Positions 9,683 through 19,940 of a stretch of 64,000 nt of DNA are shown here, piece by piece. The translations under genes were made by a program, and so were the position numbers. Source of the DNA: Candidatus Kaiserbacteria bacterium RIFCSPHIGHO2_01_FULL_53_31. Lineage in GTDB: Bacteria; Patescibacteriota; Minisyncoccia; Phycocordibacterales; Phycocordibacteraceae. Where the stretch lies: NCBI GenBank assembly GCA_001781095.1, contig MFKU01000010.1, positions 14,254 through 78,253 on the forward strand. Reading direction: 5' to 3'. Positions within the stretch are counted from its first letter, which is position 1, and every line of letters begins with the position of its first letter. Under the pieces are notes generated by a model. That model saw nothing but the letters and a program-made list of their open reading frames with translations. It had not been told where the DNA came from and searched no databases.

Positions 9683-10633
9683 TTAATCCATCTTGAGCAC
9701 AAGACCGAGGCCGGCGAGCGCCTTGGAGATCTCTTCAATCGCCTTGTCCCCGATGCCGTCAATCTCTTTCAGCGATGAGGCCGACTTGCGTGCGAGACCG
9801 GCTGCACTCTTGATGCCCGCGCCCTCGAGCGCTCCGATTACCCTCGCCGAGAGGCCGAGCTCCGTGACTTTCACCTTGGTCGCGCCAGCACCCGGTGCAT
9901 CGCTTTCTGCAGCAGGAGCAGCCGTCGGCACGCTTACAGGAGCACTCTCCTGGAAACCGATAATCGACTTCAGCTGGTGGATCATTATCTCTATTGATTG
10001 TTCGAGTGCCGTGCGCGGTGAAATCGTGTCGTTCGTCTCGATAAAAATGCGCAGGCGGTTGAAATCGGTCCGGTCCCCGACGCGCATATTTTCCACCTCA
10101 TAGTTCACGCGGCGAATCGGCGTAAAGGTCGCATCGAGCGCGATGGTGCCGATGTCGACCTTTTCCTTCGAGAGCACCTCGCGCGGCACATAGCCGAGGC
10201 CGCGATCGATCGTCGCCTCGAGTTCGAGCGAGGCTTTCCCCGAGAGGTCGGCGATGTGCTGATCAGGATTCTGTATTTCGACCTGGCTTGGAAGCTTGAA
10301 ATCTCTTGCCGTCACTTCATGCGTACCCTTGACCGAGAGCGCAATAGTCTGCGGATCGTCGCCGTGAAGAACGAAATGCACACGCTTCAAATTTAAAAGC
10401 ATCTCCATCACGGTCTCACGCATACCTTCAATGGTCGCGAATTCGTGGGGAACGCCCTCGATCTTCACCTGTGTTACTGCGGCGCCGGGAAGCGACGAGA
10501 GAATAATGCGGCGGAGCGAATTGCCCAGCGTGTGGCCGTAGCCCGGGTAGAGCGAATCAATCTCGTATACGCCTTGTACGCCTTCTTCTGAAACGATACG
10601 AGGCTTACTCGGAAGTGTGATGTGGTATTCCAT
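9683..10633 (-). CDS. rpoA: RNA polymerase alpha subunit
   Basis: GYGHTLGNSLRRIILSS, VENMRVGDRTDF, C-terminal HhH-like CTD. Confidence 0.97.
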   Translation of the reverse strand: MEYHITLPSKPRIVSEEGVQGVYEIDSLYPGYGHTLGNSLRRIILSSLPGAAVTQVKIEGVPHEFATIEGMRETVMEMLLNLKRVHFVLHGDDPQTIALSVKGTHEVTARDFKLPSQVEIQNPDQHIADLSGKASLELEATIDRGLGYVPREVLSKEKVDIGTIALDATFTPIRRVNYEVENMRVGDRTDFNRLRIFIETNDTISPRTALEQSIEIMIHQLKSIIGFQESAPVSVPTAAPAAESDAPGAGATKVKVTELGLSARVIGALEGAGIKSAAGLARKSASSLKEIDGIGDKAIEEISKALAGLGLVLKMD

Positions 10634-10660
10634 AACTCAATCGTAATTACCAATAATAAT

Positions 10661-11272
10661 CTAACGTGTGTAGAATGAGAGCACAGTCGTGAGGTCGCCC
10701 GCCGGATCCGCCGAAGCGGCCGTCGGTCGCGCAACTACCGAGCCCTCCATCGCCTTCGGATTCCACGAAAGCCACGAGGGAAGCGGCCGCTCCATAAAGC
10801 GCTCGCCGAAACCGACAAGGACCCCGTGCGATTTCGAACTTTCGCGCACGGCGATCTTCTCTCCCGGCGAAAGCGCGTGCGAAGGAACGCGGATCTTCTT
10901 GTCCCCGACGAGCACGTGGCCATGCGCAACCATCTGGCGTGCCGCACGGCGCGTCGGCGCCAGGCCCAATCGCCAAACTACGTTATCGAGACGCAGTTCC
11001 AGGAGCTCGTGCAAACGGTCCGCCGGCTTCGCGCTATGCGCGGCAAGCGCTTTGTTCACATACCCGCGAAACTGCTTTTCGGGCAGGCCGTAGGTCACGC
11101 GTACCTTCTGCTTCTCGAGCATCTGCTTGCCGTACTCACTTTGGCGGCCGCGGCCACGGCGTTTGTTCTTTGCACTGCGGTCAGCGGAGAGCGCGAACTT
11201 CTGCGTCTGCGCTTTCTCAAATACTGAAACGCCGAGGCGCTTCGCGATCTTATATCGTGGTCCGGTAATCAT
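10661..11272 (-). CDS. rpsD: 30S ribosomal protein S4
   Basis: SEYGKQMLEKQK, LELRLDNVVWRLG, ARQMVAHGH. Confidence 0.97.
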   Translation of the reverse strand: MITGPRYKIAKRLGVSVFEKAQTQKFALSADRSAKNKRRGRGRQSEYGKQMLEKQKVRVTYGLPEKQFRGYVNKALAAHSAKPADRLHELLELRLDNVVWRLGLAPTRRAARQMVAHGHVLVGDKKIRVPSHALSPGEKIAVRESSKSHGVLVGFGERFMERPLPSWLSWNPKAMEGSVVARPTAASADPAGDLTTVLSFYTR

Positions 11273-11281
11273 AAATATATT

Positions 11282-11716
11282 TTACACGCGGCGCGGCTTC
11301 GGCGGGCGCGGCCCGTTATGCGGCACCGGCGTCGCGTCCTTGATGGAGCGAATCTGGATGCCCTTGCTCGAGAATGCACGTAAGACCGACTGGCGCCCCG
11401 CACCGACACCACGAATGACCACCGATGCCTCCTTGAGGCCGATCATCGTTCCCTTCTCGCCGAGGAACTCCCCGACCTTCGCCGCTGCGTAGGGTGTCGA
11501 CTTGCGCGCACCGCTGAAGCCGAGCGCACCAGCCGAGGATGAAATGATCGCATTTCCCTTCTCGTCCGTGAGAATGGCCTTCGTGTTATTGAACGTTGCT
11601 TCGATATGGAGAATACCCTTCTCGAGGTGACGTTTCGTAACTCTCGACATCGCGCGCTCCTTTCTTCCCGCGTCGAGGCCTTTTCCACTTTTCTTGATGA
11701 TTCGTTTCTTTCCCAT
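11282..11716 (-). CDS. rpsK: 30S ribosomal protein S11
   Basis: ATFNNT, RKSTPYAA, DATPVPHNG. Confidence 0.97.
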   Translation of the reverse strand: MGKKRIIKKSGKGLDAGRKERAMSRVTKRHLEKGILHIEATFNNTKAILTDEKGNAIISSSAGALGFSGARKSTPYAAAKVGEFLGEKGTMIGLKEASVVIRGVGAGRQSVLRAFSSKGIQIRSIKDATPVPHNGPRPPKPRRV

Positions 11717-11718
11717 AA

Positions 11719-12099
11719 TTATGTCTTTTCGAGCGTACGTCGGCCTGAGGTCATCGTCTTGCGCACGTTGCCGCGGCGCGTGCGGGAATTCGTCTTTGTG
11801 CGCTGGCCACGGACAGGAAGCCCCCGCTCGTGGCGCGCACCGCGAGCCGACTTGATATCTTTGAGCCGCTTAATATTCTGACCTATCTCACGACGCAGTT
11901 CGCCCTCGATGACAAACGCTTCGGCGAGCGAGCGGATCTTCTGCTCCTGTTCGCTTGTAAGCTCCTTGCCTTTCTTAGTGAAATCAACCTTCGCTTGTAT
12001 CAGGATCTCTCGTGCACGCGTCGGGCCGATGCCGAAGATCTGCGGCAGCGCATACGCGAGCTGTTTATCATCAGGAATCGTGACACCGGCGATACGCAT
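11719..12099 (-). CDS. rpsM: 30S ribosomal protein S13
   Basis: RIAGV, IFGIG, GLPVRGQRTKTNSRTRRG. Confidence 0.97.
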   Translation of the reverse strand: MRIAGVTIPDDKQLAYALPQIFGIGPTRAREILIQAKVDFTKKGKELTSEQEQKIRSLAEAFVIEGELRREIGQNIKRLKDIKSARGARHERGLPVRGQRTKTNSRTRRGNVRKTMTSGRRTLEKT

Positions 12100-12108
12100 A
12101 TAAAATAA

Positions 12109-12225
12109 TTAACCCTGGCGCGCTTTGCGGCGCGGGTTTTTCTTATTGATACGGAAAAGACGTCCGCCACGGCGGACGAGCTGATCTCCCGGCTGCTGCT
12201 TTTTTATAGACGCACGTACTTTCAT
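12109..12225 (-). CDS. rpmJ: 50S ribosomal protein L36 (no zinc-ligand cysteines)
   Basis: Below the ORF-track cutoff: [38 protein letters not shown]; canonical position between infA and rpsM. Confidence 0.93.
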   Translation of the reverse strand: MKVRASIKKQQPGDQLVRRGGRLFRINKKNPRRKARQG

Positions 12226-12263
12226 AAGATTTTGTTGTGAACGAAGTGAATTAGAAAATCTTA

Positions 12264-12292
12264 TGCCCGCCGAAGCTTTAGCGTAGGTGGGC
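12264..12292. repeat. Intergenic copy of palindromic element family A
   Basis: tgcccgccgaagctttagcgtaggtgggc; same core as copies in dnaK, ung and smc. Confidence 0.65.
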
Positions 12293-12303
12293 CATTTCCA
12301 TTA

Positions 12304-12573
12304 TTAAGTAAGCCTCCGAACAATTCTGGCGCGACCCCCGTAGGGATCGAGCACCATCTCAACCTGATCGCCCACCAGCACGCGAATACGGTGAAGGCGC
12401 ATTTTGCCCGCAAGGTAGGCGAGAACAAGTGCGCCTTCCTCCCCTGTGTCCCCTTTTGTCGAAGTCTCGGGTGACGGGCTCGCTGGCGGAACCAGACGAA
12501 CACGAAAAAGAGAATCAGGCAACACCTCTTCAACGGTGCCTACCGTCGTCTTAGTTTCCCCTCCTTCATTCAT
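12304..12573 (-). CDS. infA: Translation initiation factor IF-1 with an internal insertion
   Basis: [16 protein letters not shown]...[19 protein letters not shown]; extra [16 protein letters not shown] loop. Confidence 0.93.
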   Translation of the reverse strand: MNEGGETKTTVGTVEEVLPDSLFRVRLVPPASPSPETSTKGDTGEEGALVLAYLAGKMRLHRIRVLVGDQVEMVLDPYGGRARIVRRLT

Positions 12574-12622
12574 GCAGGTACCGTATCAATGTAGCAGGAG
12601 CCCCAAGAATCGTCAACATGCT

Positions 12623-13843
12623 TCAGGGATTCGTCACGACCACCCTGATAGCCGCCGGATCCTCAGGGAACGTCTGCTTCCAGAATGGCCGCAGAATGAT
12701 AATGGCGCGGCTTACCTCGGGGTAGCTGGTGAGGGCGACCTCAGCTGCAGAGCGCGTCTTCCCTGCAACCGCTGCCGCAATGCGGGCAGTATCAACGGTG
12801 TAAACGAGTGGTGCCGAGCCCGAAAGCGTAAACGAAAATGAGGTCGCCTCGGCGTCAGGCATGTGAGACGCAGGAGTGAGAGTGAGCGCGTCCGTTTTTG
12901 AAACAGTCAGAGGTTCGCCCTGATAACTCAGCCCCGGAACAGAAGACGCAATTGCCTTTCCGAGAGCGGTATTGGGGAAGACGACTGCAGTGACAATTCC
13001 CTTTTCCTTCACGTCAGCAGTTCCAGAATTAGCGGACGGCGCGAAGTCCAGTTCCTGGAATGTCGTCGTTGCAGCACCGGGAATGAGGAGATAGCCCGCA
13101 GGGATCTGACTCTGGAGGCTCTTCTCGAGATCAGCGGTCAGAGCGGTCTTCAGCGCTCGCCGCGTCTGCGCTTCAGTCGTGACGTCCACCACGGGTACAG
13201 ACCCCGATGCACCTCCCGTCATAGCCGTAGACGAACGAGCATAGACCTTATCGGCCTGTGGCGTGCTGGCAAACCCTGGAACCGTGAACGACGACGGTCC
13301 GACGTTATACGAGCCGCCCGCCTTATCGGCGAAAACCTTAGCCGTGACTTTACCCGGTACTGCGGTCGTCCCGGAGGGTACAGTCACCGCAGCATGAATG
13401 CGGAAGATGAGCCCCGCCGAGGTCGCGAAGCGCGTGTTCGTGATGAGCTGTTGCGATTTCGACTGTGTATTGTAGATCGTGACGGTCCCGGACGCCGACG
13501 ATGAAACAGTTTTCGTACCGCTCGCCTTCACACTCTGAGATGCAATCTTTTCAGCTGAAATCACTTTGAACGGCAGACCCCCTGCGCTTGAACTCGCCGT
13601 GAACGAGCTCTGGACGGACGCTGAGAGAGTATTCGGCATTACCTCAACGCTCGCATTCGAGAAATAAAAGAGCGCGCCAACGGATGCAGCAATAACGAGT
13701 ATTACAATAGTGATCGTGACGTACGGGAATCGAGGCTGTCGACCGGACGCCCGTTGCGATGCGGTATTAGTAGTAGGAGTCTGACTAAGTGGTTCCATCT
13801 CTCTCCTGCGCGAAGGCGGAATGATATCGTCAAATTTGTTCAT
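12623..13843 (-). CDS. Membrane-anchored beta-rich protein, baseplate-J-like domain (tentative)
   Basis: One TM helix; ASGTVTIYN...TRF...G.IFR...VTVP...GGSYNVGP pattern; start ATG 13843 after TATACT. Confidence 0.6.
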   Translation of the reverse strand: MNKFDDIIPPSRRREMEPLSQTPTTNTASQRASGRQPRFPYVTITIVILVIAASVGALFYFSNASVEVMPNTLSASVQSSFTASSSAGGLPFKVISAEKIASQSVKASGTKTVSSSASGTVTIYNTQSKSQQLITNTRFATSAGLIFRIHAAVTVPSGTTAVPGKVTAKVFADKAGGSYNVGPSSFTVPGFASTPQADKVYARSSTAMTGGASGSVPVVDVTTEAQTRRALKTALTADLEKSLQSQIPAGYLLIPGAATTTFQELDFAPSANSGTADVKEKGIVTAVVFPNTALGKAIASSVPGLSYQGEPLTVSKTDALTLTPASHMPDAEATSFSFTLSGSAPLVYTVDTARIAAAVAGKTRSAAEVALTSYPEVSRAIIILRPFWKQTFPEDPAAIRVVVTNP

Positions 13844-13953
13844 GGAATAAAGTATACCCAGCACTAACCTGTTGGTAAATAGACGTTAGACTCATAGTCG
13901 GGATTTCGTAGTTACCGCCTGCATGAACATCTGTGACCGCGGTGTGCATTATG

Positions 13954-14994
13954 TCAGAGTGCTCGAATAGTATTTCGATACTGTATAGCCATGAGGAGGA
14001 GCGGGAGGTCGGGAGCAATAGTTGTCATCTGGCGAACGTAACTTGTGAGATGCGTCGCAAGGACAGGAATGATTTTCGGCGGGTTATCAGAAAGCCAAAA
14101 TGGTCTCGTGTCCATTGACTGCAGTACTTCCGTAAGAGCGGCAGCCTCTGAATCCCGTGTAAGCATGAAGATGGTTCGCGGCAGAGGATGTTCTTTGGCG
14201 ATTTCTCCAAGACCGCGCATGAGCTCTGCTGCGCCTGGTTTATCCCCCGAAGCGCGCGTCAATGCTTCGGAAACTGCAACGAGAAGCCCCTTACGTATGA
14301 GAGAGATCGTAACGAGTGGTCCCGACGCATCGACAATGATCGCGTCGCGCTCGTGCGGAAACGCGACGCGCATCGCCTGCGAGCGTACCGCACTGCCGGC
14401 CACGAGGAAAATGCGTTTGGTGTGATACAGCTTCTGCATGACCGAGAGAATGATACTGGAGACTTTTTCGGCAATAAGCGACGCAAGAATAATGATCGTC
14501 GCCTGACGCACACGTTTACCGTACGGATCGTGAACCTCGTATCCGTTCAGGATTGTGCCCAGTACGCTCATGTGGGAAATACTCTTCCCGGGGACTGCCG
14601 GGTTCATCTTGCGCAAAGTCTCGGCGACGATGCGTTTCGTAAATACGAACTCTTTCCTCTGCATAATGCGCTCGACGCGTATCTTCGTTTCCTGCCAGGG
14701 CGCATCGATCGACACAAGAACGGCATCAACACCGTTCGTACCTGTCGCGCGCACGAGCGCGGGAATACCATCGATAATCAGCGCTGTGCCGAGCAACTCG
14801 AGTGCGCGAAACATCGCGCGCTCGTGCGGTTCATTCTCTTGGATCTCGATAGGTAGACGTCGCGTATAGAGCAACACCGGCAACTCACTCTCGGAATATC
14901 GTGCGTACGCGCCCACGACTGAGCTCGCACCGATGTCGATGAGTGCCACAGACTCGCTCCGCCCGCCGCGGAAGAAATCTTTTAAAAGACCCAT
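13954..14994 (-). CDS. FtsA/PilM-like actin-fold protein (divergent)
   Basis: ALIDIGASSV phosphate-1 loop, ILNGYEVHDP, IIVDASG second loop. Confidence 0.6.
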   Translation of the reverse strand: MGLLKDFFRGGRSESVALIDIGASSVVGAYARYSESELPVLLYTRRLPIEIQENEPHERAMFRALELLGTALIIDGIPALVRATGTNGVDAVLVSIDAPWQETKIRVERIMQRKEFVFTKRIVAETLRKMNPAVPGKSISHMSVLGTILNGYEVHDPYGKRVRQATIIILASLIAEKVSSIILSVMQKLYHTKRIFLVAGSAVRSQAMRVAFPHERDAIIVDASGPLVTISLIRKGLLVAVSEALTRASGDKPGAAELMRGLGEIAKEHPLPRTIFMLTRDSEAAALTEVLQSMDTRPFWLSDNPPKIIPVLATHLTSYVRQMTTIAPDLPLLLMAIQYRNTIRAL

Positions 14995-14998
14995 GTAT

Positions 14999-16822
14999 TT
15001 ATTCTATCACTGCTTTGATGCGCCGAACGCCACCAGACGATGCTTCTTCTTTTAATATCTTAAAGGTGCCGATGAGTTCGCTGGTATTCGAGATGTGCGG
15101 GCCGCCGCAGAATTCGATTGAGAACGCTTCCGAGAACTTCGGGTCGGCTTCGGTCGCATCCTTTGGTCCTATCGAGTACACGCTCACCTGCTCTGGATAG
15201 TTTGCGCCGAATTCGTGTTCAGCATTCAACCTTTCTGCTTCTTCTTTATTCATAACCGTGCGAATGACCGGTAATGCTTCTGCAATCTTCTCGTTTACAA
15301 TCTCTTCCACCTCAGCTTTCTGCTCTGGCATCATCTTGGTGCCGCACGAGAAGTCGATGCGCAGCCGCTCGCTCGTAATATTGCTTCCCCGCTGGTGGAC
15401 ATCGCTCCCGAGCACTTTTTGGAGTGCCTTTAAGAGCAAGTGATGCGCCGTATGATAGCGTATCGTCTGCTCTGCCTGATCGGCGAGGCCGCCCGTGAAT
15501 TTCTGTTCGGCACCCGCACGCGAGAGCGCCTGATGATCTTCCAGCTTCTTCTGAACTTCTTCCTTACTGATCAAAATTCCCTTCTCTTTCGCAATCTCTT
15601 CAGTAAGTTCAATTGGGAACCCGTAGGTGGTGAACAACATAAAGGCATCAATGTCCTTTCCCGACTTCTCGAGTTCGCGCATGCCATGCGTCAAAGTTTT
15701 TCGAAATTGCGCTTCTTCTTTTTCGAGTTCTTCGCGAATGGCAGATGCCGACTTCATAATAAATGAGTACGCGTCTGCATACGTCGCGCAATACGTCTCC
15801 GCGACCTTGCCAAGTACGGCGTCAGTGCTGCCAAGTTTATCCGCCTCGCGAATCGATCGACGAATCAGACGACGAAGTACATACCCTTGCTCAGTATTCG
15901 AGGGACGAATGCCGCTCGCTATCATAAAGGCCGCCGCGCGAATATGGTCCAGCACAATCCTGAAAGAACGAGTAGCATTTTGGTCGCCGTACATTTTCCC
16001 CGATCGATTTTCGAGCAATTCACGTGCCCCATCAAAGGTATCAATGAGGAAAATATCCGCGTTATCACGAGTCGCCGCTGTTAAGCGTTCGAGCCCGCCA
16101 CCAAAATCGACATTTCTGTTTGGTAACTCTTTGAAACTTCCATCTTCCTGTTTCGCGAACTGCATGAAGACAGAATTGCCGATCTCAATGAAGCGGCCGC
16201 AATCGCAATTTGGATGGCACGTCTTGCCATATTTCTCGTCGTGCGGAATATCGAAGTCATAAAAGATCTCAGAATCCGGACCTCCGATTTCCCCCGGCGG
16301 CATCTTGCTCGGTACCCCTGCCCTACTCCACCAATTCTTCTCGGCACCATACGAGTAGATATGGTCATCGGCGACACCAATTTCCTTCCAGATTTCCTTC
16401 GATTCTGAATCTGCTTCCATGCCGCTCGCCGCGTAGCCCGAAAACGTCGTTACGTACAGTCGCTCCGGATCAAGCCCGAGACTATCCTCTTTATTCGTAA
16501 GAAATTCATATATCCACGGCAGTTGCTCTGCCTTGAAATAATCTCCGAGCGACCAGTTACCAAGCATTTCGAAGAAGGTCGTGTGGCGGTTGTCACCCAC
16601 ATCCTCAATGTCTTCCGCTCGGAACGAGAGCTGAGAGTTAGCGAGCCGTGTGCCCGCCGGATGCGGCTGGCCCATAAGGAATGGAACCAAGGGCTGCATC
16701 CCGCTGCTTGTGAAGAGGGTCGTCGGATCGTTCTCGGGTACGATAGGTGCCGAGGGAATAATCACGTGTCCCCGTTTCGCGAAGAAATCCAGATACCGTT
16801 TCCGTACTTCCGCGACGGTCAT
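14999..16822 (-). CDS. alaS: Alanine--tRNA ligase, short form lacking the C-Ala domain
   Basis: HTTFFEMLGNWS, VDFGGGLER, editing motifs HTAHH and CGGPH; ends at GVRRIKAV. Confidence 0.96.
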   Translation of the reverse strand: MTVAEVRKRYLDFFAKRGHVIIPSAPIVPENDPTTLFTSSGMQPLVPFLMGQPHPAGTRLANSQLSFRAEDIEDVGDNRHTTFFEMLGNWSLGDYFKAEQLPWIYEFLTNKEDSLGLDPERLYVTTFSGYAASGMEADSESKEIWKEIGVADDHIYSYGAEKNWWSRAGVPSKMPPGEIGGPDSEIFYDFDIPHDEKYGKTCHPNCDCGRFIEIGNSVFMQFAKQEDGSFKELPNRNVDFGGGLERLTAATRDNADIFLIDTFDGARELLENRSGKMYGDQNATRSFRIVLDHIRAAAFMIASGIRPSNTEQGYVLRRLIRRSIREADKLGSTDAVLGKVAETYCATYADAYSFIMKSASAIREELEKEEAQFRKTLTHGMRELEKSGKDIDAFMLFTTYGFPIELTEEIAKEKGILISKEEVQKKLEDHQALSRAGAEQKFTGGLADQAEQTIRYHTAHHLLLKALQKVLGSDVHQRGSNITSERLRIDFSCGTKMMPEQKAEVEEIVNEKIAEALPVIRTVMNKEEAERLNAEHEFGANYPEQVSVYSIGPKDATEADPKFSEAFSIEFCGGPHISNTSELIGTFKILKEEASSGGVRRIKAVIE

Positions 16823-16839
16823 ATTGGGAAAAGATAACA

Positions 16840-18588
16840 CTATTTCACCAGCCGTTCGAGCTCAGCGACATCGTTTTCGATACTCGAAAGCCCCTCAAGG
16901 AAGATTTCCTGCTTCTTCGTATCAAGGCCGCACGACTTGAATATGTCATACGGTGATTTGCTTTCTCCGGCAGAAAGAAAACCGTCGACTTTTTCAATAA
17001 ACTTCGGATCCTTCTTCACCTTCCCGTAGAGCGCCTTCGAAATAAGTTGTCCGTACGCATAGGAATAGACATAAAAGAATCGGCGAATATGGCTCCAATG
17101 CACGAAGAAATAGCCGTCCGAACGCTCGAGCTGTACTGCGGGCCCAAGATACGCGCACATATGCGTATTCATAAGATCGGCAATGCGCTCCTTCGGCACA
17201 TACCCTTCCTTACGAATCGCTTCGTGCAGTGATTGCTCAAAACGGAAACAAGCGATTTGCCGAAAGACGGTGGCAACGTTATCTTGCGCAGCATCGTGCA
17301 GAGCGATGATGCGCTCCTCGGCGGGAAGCATATCGATAATGCGATAGAGCGCCGCTGTTTCAAAAAAGGTACTCGCCGTTTCGGCCGTTGATATCGGATG
17401 GCCTTGATACAGCGGGCGCTGGTTCTTCGTGCGTTCGGCGTGAACAGCGTGTCCCATTTCATGTGCAAGCGTCTTTAATGACTCGAAATTATCGATGTGG
17501 TTTAGTAGTACGTACGTCGGGACCGTAACGCCCGAAGAGCAGAATGCGCCGCCCGATTTCCCTCTTTTCGGCGAAACATCTACTTGTCCATTTACAAGCA
17601 GCCGATCAAAAATATCCGCATACTGAGCACTCAATGAGCCAAACGTCTCGCGTACGATTTCAACTGCCTTTTCAAACGGCACTTTCGTCTTTATTTCGCC
17701 GACATGAGCAGCTCGGTCGGCATACGTGAGTATTTTCTCCTTTAGCAATTTACGCTTGACCTCATAGAAGCGGTGCGCGATAGGTGCGCTTCGCATGACG
17801 GCGTCAACCATCGCGAGAATGCTTTTCGGATCATTCTGATAGCCGCGAATCGTGGCTTCGAAGGGCGTCTTGAATCCGCGCAATTCGTCCTCGATTTTCT
17901 TCGTCGTATAGACTGCATTAATTTCGCTTTCAGCGACATCGCCCATACCCTCATAGATGTCACGAACGCTTCGATAGAGCTGTCGCCGCTTCACAGTTGA
18001 GAGTGTTTGGACCATGGCCTCGGCCTCAGGAAGCGGTAATGTTTTACCATCGTGTATGACCGTTTTCTTATTCAAGATATTCTCCGTTGCTTGGAGCCAT
18101 CGGCCAAAAGACACATCGCTTACGAGCGAGAGGATCTTTTCTTCCGGTTCCGAGAGGTCGTATTTTGCATTATCAAAAAGTTGCCGGAGCCAATACCCAT
18201 ATGGAGTGAGCACGGAAGCCTCGAGAAATTTCTTCTGCACGGCTTTCGAGACCTTGCCTAGCTTTAGTGTGAAGAAGAGAATCTTATTGCCACGTTTTGT
18301 GGCTCGCTCGTCGAGCTTCGCGCTCAGTGCTTCAGCCGCCTTGTCTTCGACGTCGAGCGACTTGCGGTAGGCTGTGTAGTAGCCGGCGCGGCTTGCTCTA
18401 AGCTCGATAAGCTTTTCATACTCGACAAGCGCCTTCGCGAGCGCGACGGGATTCTTTAGATAATCCTCTCGAGAACAATATTTTTTTACGAAGGCAGAAA
18501 TCGCTTTATCGGCTTGCTTCTGATCACGCTCGATTTGCGGGTCATCGAGGCTTTTATAGAGGAGCTCGAGGTCCCACGTTGTTTTCAT
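16840..18588 (-). CDS. pepF: M3-family oligoendopeptidase F
   Basis: WDL start, GKSGGAFC, TLAHEMGH (HExxH), AETASTFFE, FYVYSYAYG. Confidence 0.92.
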   Translation of the reverse strand: MKTTWDLELLYKSLDDPQIERDQKQADKAISAFVKKYCSREDYLKNPVALAKALVEYEKLIELRASRAGYYTAYRKSLDVEDKAAEALSAKLDERATKRGNKILFFTLKLGKVSKAVQKKFLEASVLTPYGYWLRQLFDNAKYDLSEPEEKILSLVSDVSFGRWLQATENILNKKTVIHDGKTLPLPEAEAMVQTLSTVKRRQLYRSVRDIYEGMGDVAESEINAVYTTKKIEDELRGFKTPFEATIRGYQNDPKSILAMVDAVMRSAPIAHRFYEVKRKLLKEKILTYADRAAHVGEIKTKVPFEKAVEIVRETFGSLSAQYADIFDRLLVNGQVDVSPKRGKSGGAFCSSGVTVPTYVLLNHIDNFESLKTLAHEMGHAVHAERTKNQRPLYQGHPISTAETASTFFETAALYRIIDMLPAEERIIALHDAAQDNVATVFRQIACFRFEQSLHEAIRKEGYVPKERIADLMNTHMCAYLGPAVQLERSDGYFFVHWSHIRRFFYVYSYAYGQLISKALYGKVKKDPKFIEKVDGFLSAGESKSPYDIFKSCGLDTKKQEIFLEGLSSIENDVAELERLVK

Positions 18589-18625
18589 GCCTTGTACAAT
18601 ATCAGTGTCGACTAGTAGCTGCAAA

Positions 18626-19201
18626 TTATTGCGTAGAAATTGCCTTTTCTTGCGCATGTACCTCGGCGAGACGCTTCGTGAGTCGGTGATCGGGAAGCCG
18701 CTCCTCCGCTATCTTCAGCACCTCGCCATGGAACCAGAGATACTCCTCGTTTGGTTGTCCCCAATGCTTCAAAAGTGATTCGCCTTCCTGTTCGTATTCC
18801 TCAAGTCTACTTTCGGTGTTATCTATTTTGTCGGCGATAGCAATCAACAGTGCGTCATCGCTCGCGCGTTCGACGAGCGCAATGTACTCGTTCTTTCGCT
18901 CATGCCACGATAACGTATGTTCATTTTTTTCTTTAATCTCGCTCACGGACTCGACAAGCACAGCGACGTCTTCGTTAAATACTTTCGCTATCTCCTCGCG
19001 CGTAGTGTCAGTGTCTTCGAGCGTGTCGTGCAAGAGCGCCGCCGTGACAACGTCATCGGACGCGCCGTCTTCAGCAACGAGAATTGCGACTGAAAACGGA
19101 TGGACAATATAGGGAAGCTTCCCACGAACGATGCGCATCTGGCCATGGTGCTTTCGCGCTGCGAATTGTATGGCCTTCTTAATTTGTGGAGTGTGATTCA
19201 T
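18626..19201 (-). CDS. Stand-alone RelA/SpoT-type HD hydrolase (small alarmone hydrolase-like)
   Basis: AIQFAARKHHGQ.R...PYIVHP...AALLHDTLEDT...ADKIDN. Confidence 0.88.
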   Translation of the reverse strand: MNHTPQIKKAIQFAARKHHGQMRIVRGKLPYIVHPFSVAILVAEDGASDDVVTAALLHDTLEDTDTTREEIAKVFNEDVAVLVESVSEIKEKNEHTLSWHERKNEYIALVERASDDALLIAIADKIDNTESRLEEYEQEGESLLKHWGQPNEEYLWFHGEVLKIAEERLPDHRLTKRLAEVHAQEKAISTQ

Positions 19202-19228
19202 AGAGCGATTGTAACACTCGAGAAATAT

Positions 19229-19903
19229 TTATAGCCAATCGATCGGAATTTCGCCGTGTTCAATTAAATATTCGTTGACTTTACTGAAGTGCTTGCAGCC
19301 GAAGAAGCCAGAAGCGGCAGAGAAGGGCGAGGGGTGTGTCGCTTCGAGCACGAGATGTTTGCTGCGGTCGATGTGCGCACCTTTCGCCTTCGCATAATTG
19401 CCCCACAGTATAAAAACGAGATTCTCGCGCTGTTCGGACAAGGCGCGTATAACTGCGTCAGTAAAAAGCTCCCAGCCGCGGCCCTGATGCGAGCCGGCGT
19501 TATGCGCACGCACGGTCAGTGTCGCGTTGAGTAACAGGACGCCCTGCTCCGCCCAACGGGTAAGATCCCCTTTCTTCGCCGAAGCTACGCAGGGCATGCC
19601 AGTATCGCTTTCGACTTCTTTGAAGATATTTTGTAATGACGGTGGAATCGTTACCCCTTCATCTACGGCGAAGGCAAGCCCGTTTGCCTGTCGTGGGCCG
19701 TGATACGGATCTTGTCCAAGGATCACGACCTTTACCTTTTCAAACGGACACAGATCGAACGCGCGGAAAATGTTCTTCGGTGCTGGATACACTGTTCCCT
19801 CTTTGTATTCCTTTTTAACAAACTCCGTAAGCTCTTCGAAGTATTTCTGCGAGAACTCATCTGCGAGATGCGCCTTCCAGCTCTGATTAATTTTCACTTC
19901 CAT
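19229..19903 (-). CDS. ung: Uracil-DNA glycosylase, family 1
   Basis: VVILGQDPYH, GVLLLN, HPSPFS; start ATG 19903. Confidence 0.96.
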   Translation of the reverse strand: MEVKINQSWKAHLADEFSQKYFEELTEFVKKEYKEGTVYPAPKNIFRAFDLCPFEKVKVVILGQDPYHGPRQANGLAFAVDEGVTIPPSLQNIFKEVESDTGMPCVASAKKGDLTRWAEQGVLLLNATLTVRAHNAGSHQGRGWELFTDAVIRALSEQRENLVFILWGNYAKAKGAHIDRSKHLVLEATHPSPFSAASGFFGCKHFSKVNEYLIEHGEIPIDWL

Positions 19904-19940
19904 ATATTGATTCTGCAGAATCAAGCCGCGCAATTGTCCA

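Noticed and set aside
12451-12479. IF-1 insertion as a family-A palindrome copy
   Set aside because: Resemblance is too degenerate to assign by eye; recorded only as an insertion.
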